A DNA stretch of 51,251 nucleotides from an uncultured Candidatus Saccharibacteria bacterium (GTDB lineage Bacteria; Patescibacteriota; Minisyncoccia; Phycocordibacterales; JACOZG01): NCBI GenBank assembly GCA_964546425.1, contig CAZJJW010000001.1, positions 1-51,251 on the forward strand, written 5' to 3'. Positions 48,290-51,251 of this stretch are shown piece after piece. Made by a program: the position numbers and the translations under genes. Within the stretch, counting starts at the first letter, position 1. Each line of letters starts with the position of its first letter. The notes below the pieces were generated by a model. The model saw only the letters and a program-made list of their open reading frames with translations. It had not been told where the DNA came from and did no database searches.

Positions 48290-50599
48290 ATGTCAACCAA
48301 ACCACCAGAGAAATTAGTTTTGCTTGATGCTCATGCGATTTTGCATCGGGCGTATCACGCCTTGCCGGAGTTTGTGTCGGCGAAGGGCGAGCCGACCGGC
48401 GGCTTGTACGGTTTGGCGGCGATGTTGGTCAAAATTATCAATGACTTGAAGCCCGATTACTTGGCGGCTTGTTACGATTTGGCCGAGACGACCTTCCGCA
48501 AGCAGATTTACGACGGTTACAAATCGGGCCGGGCCAAGGCCGACCTGGCGCTGGTGGCCCAAATGATTCGCTCGCGCGATGTCTTCGCCGCTTTTAATAT
48601 TCCAATCTACGACAAAGTCGGTTTCGAAGCGGATGATATTATCGGCACGGTCGTGGAGCAGATGAAGAAACGTAAAAATTTACAAATCATCATTGCCTCC
48701 GGCGATATGGACACGTTACAGTTGGTGGAAGATAAAAAAGTCGTGGTTTATACGCTCAAGAAGGGAATCAACGACACCATTCTCTATGACGAAAAGAAAG
48801 TCGAGGAACGTTATGGCTTTGGCCCCAAACTCTTGCCCGATTTCAAGGGCCTGGCCGGTGATCAGTCCGACAACATCATCGGTATCCACGGCATTGGCGA
48901 GAAGACTGCGACCGACTTGATTCAAAAATTTGGGACACTGGAGCAAATGTACCAGAAGTTGAAACCGAGCGATGTTAAAGAGCGGGTTTATAAATTGTTG
49001 ACCGAGGGTGAGGAAGAGGCACTCTTCTCCAAAACGTTGGCCGTCATCCGGCGCGACGCGCCGGTGAAATTTGAACTGCCCGCCGAGAAGTGGCGCGAGG
49101 GCGTGGACTTGGCCGTGATTGATAAATTGTTTACGGAACTCGAATTCCGAACGATGACGGCGCGGGTCAAAGCGGCGATAGAGGGCGCGCCGATCATTTC
49201 TTCAACATCGGATGTTGAAGAAGTATCCGAAGCACTCAAGATCGCCTTCTGGCTCTTAAATTCGGAAATTACTAATCCGGCGACGGGGGACATTTTACGG
49301 TTTACGAACTCGAAAAGTTTCAAAGAGGCCGAGGATAAGTTGCTCGCCGCCATCAAGAAAAATAATTTGGAAAAAGTTTATCAGGAGATTGAATTGCCGC
49401 TCATTCCGATTCTTGAGCGCGCCGAATGTCACGGCATTCTGGTTGATGTCGCTTATTTGAAAAAATTATCGAAAGAATATCACGCGCGGTTGAAAAAACT
49501 GGAAGAAAAAATTTACAAACTGGCCGGGGGCGAGTTCAATATCAATTCGCCGAGGCAGTTGGGCGAGATTTTATTCGATCAGCTGACGTTGAATGTCAAA
49601 GGCTTGAAGAAGACCGCCGGCGGCGCTCGCTCGACCCGCGAGTCGGAGCTTTTGAAGTTAAAAGATTCGCACCCAATTATTGAGGAGATTCTCTCTCATC
49701 GCGAACTGCAGAAATTACTCTCCACTTACGTTGACACGATTCCCGCCGCGGCTGATAAGGAGAATCGTCTGCACACCAAACTCCATCAAACTGGCGCCGC
49801 CACCGGCCGAATGTCCTCGTCTAATCCCAATTTGCAAAATATTCCAGCTAGTGCCATTTTTGGCCAAGAAATCCGCCGCGCCTTCCTCGCCACACCCGGC
49901 TTTAAGTGGGCGGCGTTCGATTATTCGCAAATTGAAATGCGAGTGCTCGCGATGCTCTCCGGCGACTCGGCGCTCTCGCGGATTTTCCAATCCGGCGAAG
50001 ATGTCCACACCGCCGTGGCGATGCGAGTGTTTAAGGTGGCGGAACCAGATGTGACCCGCGAGATGCGCCGCCGGGCCAAGGTGATCAACTTCGGCATTAT
50101 CTACGGCATGGGCGTCTCGGCCTTACAACGTAATCTTGGTTCCGACCGCGTCACCGCTCAAGAATTTTACAACAGTTACTTTGCCGCCTTCCCCAAGATT
50201 AAGAATTACTTCACTCAAACGATTACCCAAGCGAAAAAGTCAGGCTATACCGAAACTTTCTTCGGCCGCCGACGTTATTTGCCTGGGCTTAAATCAGCTT
50301 TGCCGCAAATTAAAGCGATGAACGAGCGGATGGCGATGAACGCGCCGCTCCAGGGTACGGCCGCCGACATCGTCAAGTTGGCGATGATTAATATTGATAA
50401 ATTGATTGAGGCCAAAGACTGGCAAAACCAAGTTTACCTGCTTTTGCAGGTCCACGACGAGCTAATCTACGAAATTGCCGACGCTCTCGTCGCCGAAGCG
50501 GCGCCGCTCATCAAATCAGCCATGGAAGCCGTCGTTTCCGGCGAAGTCCCGATTCTTGCCCATACTGCGATTGGCGATAATTGGGCGGAGGCCAAGTAA
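48290..50599 (+). CDS. polA: DNA polymerase I (5'-nuclease plus polymerase; reduced middle domain)
   Basis: 5'-nuclease LLDAHAILHRAYHA.... Pol motifs A DYSQIEMRVLA, B RRRAKVINFGIIYG, C LQVHDE. 769 aa. Confidence 0.92.
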   Translation: MSTKPPEKLVLLDAHAILHRAYHALPEFVSAKGEPTGGLYGLAAMLVKIINDLKPDYLAACYDLAETTFRKQIYDGYKSGRAKADLALVAQMIRSRDVFAAFNIPIYDKVGFEADDIIGTVVEQMKKRKNLQIIIASGDMDTLQLVEDKKVVVYTLKKGINDTILYDEKKVEERYGFGPKLLPDFKGLAGDQSDNIIGIHGIGEKTATDLIQKFGTLEQMYQKLKPSDVKERVYKLLTEGEEEALFSKTLAVIRRDAPVKFELPAEKWREGVDLAVIDKLFTELEFRTMTARVKAAIEGAPIISSTSDVEEVSEALKIAFWLLNSEITNPATGDILRFTNSKSFKEAEDKLLAAIKKNNLEKVYQEIELPLIPILERAECHGILVDVAYLKKLSKEYHARLKKLEEKIYKLAGGEFNINSPRQLGEILFDQLTLNVKGLKKTAGGARSTRESELLKLKDSHPIIEEILSHRELQKLLSTYVDTIPAAADKENRLHTKLHQTGAATGRMSSSNPNLQNIPASAIFGQEIRRAFLATPGFKWAAFDYSQIEMRVLAMLSGDSALSRIFQSGEDVHTAVAMRVFKVAEPDVTREMRRRAKVINFGIIYGMGVSALQRNLGSDRVTAQEFYNSYFAAFPKIKNYFTQTITQAKKSGYTETFFGRRRYLPGLKSALPQIKAMNERMAMNAPLQGTAADIVKLAMINIDKLIEAKDWQNQVYLLLQVHDELIYEIADALVAEAAPLIKSAMEAVVSGEVPILAHTAIGDNWAEAK

Positions 50600-50860
50600 T
50601 TATTTCACCAAACCTTCAGCGATATATTTTTTGATCAGCGATTGATAGGGGATATCGATTTCGTTGGCTTCTTCTTTAATTCGCGAAAGCAGATATTGCG
50701 GCAGGCGAATGGAGATCGAACGGGACGAGGGTTTGAGATTGGGGAAGGCGGCACGCCCGAAGTCGCTCGGCTCGAAGTGGCGGCTCAAATCCAAGCCTGA
50801 CCAGAACTGCCGCTCGGCTTTTTCGCTTTTAAATTTTGGCACCTTAATTTTCTTTTCCAT
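50600..50860 (-). CDS. brnA: BrnA-type antitoxin (CopG-like)
   Basis: ...ERQFWSGLDLS..., ISIRLPQYLLSRIKEEANEIDIPYQSLIKKYI. Confidence 0.65.
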   Translation of the reverse strand: MEKKIKVPKFKSEKAERQFWSGLDLSRHFEPSDFGRAAFPNLKPSSRSISIRLPQYLLSRIKEEANEIDIPYQSLIKKYIAEGLVK

Positions 50861-51140
50861 ATAATTTTCGTTCTTTTTTGTTTAAATCTCGGCCCGAGAT
50901 AATTCTAATTTTGCTGTTTCTCACTGTGAAGGCGATAAAAAGTAGGCGGGCCTTCTTGGTCATGCCAATGAGCAGATAACGCGCCTCATGGCCAGAATGG
51001 AGGATATCTTGAGCCAATCGCTTGCGAGAGTCAAAAAATACCTCCTCGCACTCCTCATCGCTGACGCCGTGAGCCTTAAAGTGCTTGCCCTGGTTGCCTT
51101 GATCCCACTCAAATTTCTCCGGTTCCGGCCAAATCGTCAT
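50844..51140 (-). CDS. brnT: BrnT-type toxin (DUF497)
   Basis: FEWDQGNQGKHFKAHGVSDEECEEVFFD..., LLFIAFTVRNSKIRIISGRDLNKKERKLY. Confidence 0.7.
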   Translation of the reverse strand: MTIWPEPEKFEWDQGNQGKHFKAHGVSDEECEEVFFDSRKRLAQDILHSGHEARYLLIGMTKKARLLFIAFTVRNSKIRIISGRDLNKKERKLYGKEN

Positions 51141-51198
51141 CCTGTATATACTATTCTATACACTTAACAATGTCAAATCAATGAAATAGCCACCGACC

Positions 51199-51227
51199 TT
51201 GACAGAAAAGCCGTTTGGGTGTATACT
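51199..51227 (+). promoter_or_regulatory. Consensus-like promoter for the gene starting at the window edge
   Basis: TTGACA at 51199-51204, 17-nt spacer, TATACT at 51222-51227. ATG at 51233, implying a leaderless transcript. Confidence 0.55.
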
Positions 51228-51251
51228 CGCTAATGGATACCTTGAAATGGC

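Overview
The window is 51.2 kb and gene-dense. Its gene content suggests a reduced Patescibacteria/CPR-type chromosome; this is an inference, not a database result. At about 29-34 kb it carries the chromosomal origin neighbourhood: yidC-rnpA-rpmH on the minus strand, diverging from dnaA-dnaN on the plus strand. Housekeeping genes include cca, rpsO, rsmA, a UvrD/PcrA helicase, comM, PBP1A, tyrS, ruvB-yebC-ruvC, pilB, tsaE and polA. There are two tRNAs without encoded CCA. I saw no rRNA genes and no CRISPR array.

Accessory content is unusually rich:
- A roughly 14-kb co-directional T4SS-like operon at 15.4-29.1 kb. It has VirB2-like pilin, PrgI/VirB3-like, VirB4 and VirB6/TrbL-like genes plus large secreted proteins, but no recognisable coupling protein or relaxase.
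- Two RAYT-like Y1 transposases, each bracketed by its own perfect REP hairpin family. Extra REP copies sit in frame inside other genes.
- An AT-rich EcoRI-like restriction-modification (R-M) cassette in the rpmH-dnaA spacer, between perfect 53-bp direct repeats.
- Cassettes of the 23S-rRNA intervening-sequence (IVS) type, each a four-helix-bundle gene between inverted-repeat arms: one intact and one decayed, both inside the T4SS operon.
- Five toxin-antitoxin (TA) modules: HepT/MNT, two HicBA, PIN and BrnTA.
- An orphan methyltransferase, a MerR-GHKL fusion and a STAS-like gene, preceded by a five-hairpin leader and translationally coupled to tyrS.
- A PEP-CTERM-like protein and a pair of Tyr-rich secreted peptides.
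- A recurring 11-mer, AACTGTGGATA, that looks like an extended DnaA box.

All calls come from reading the sequence and ORF track by eye. No searches were run.
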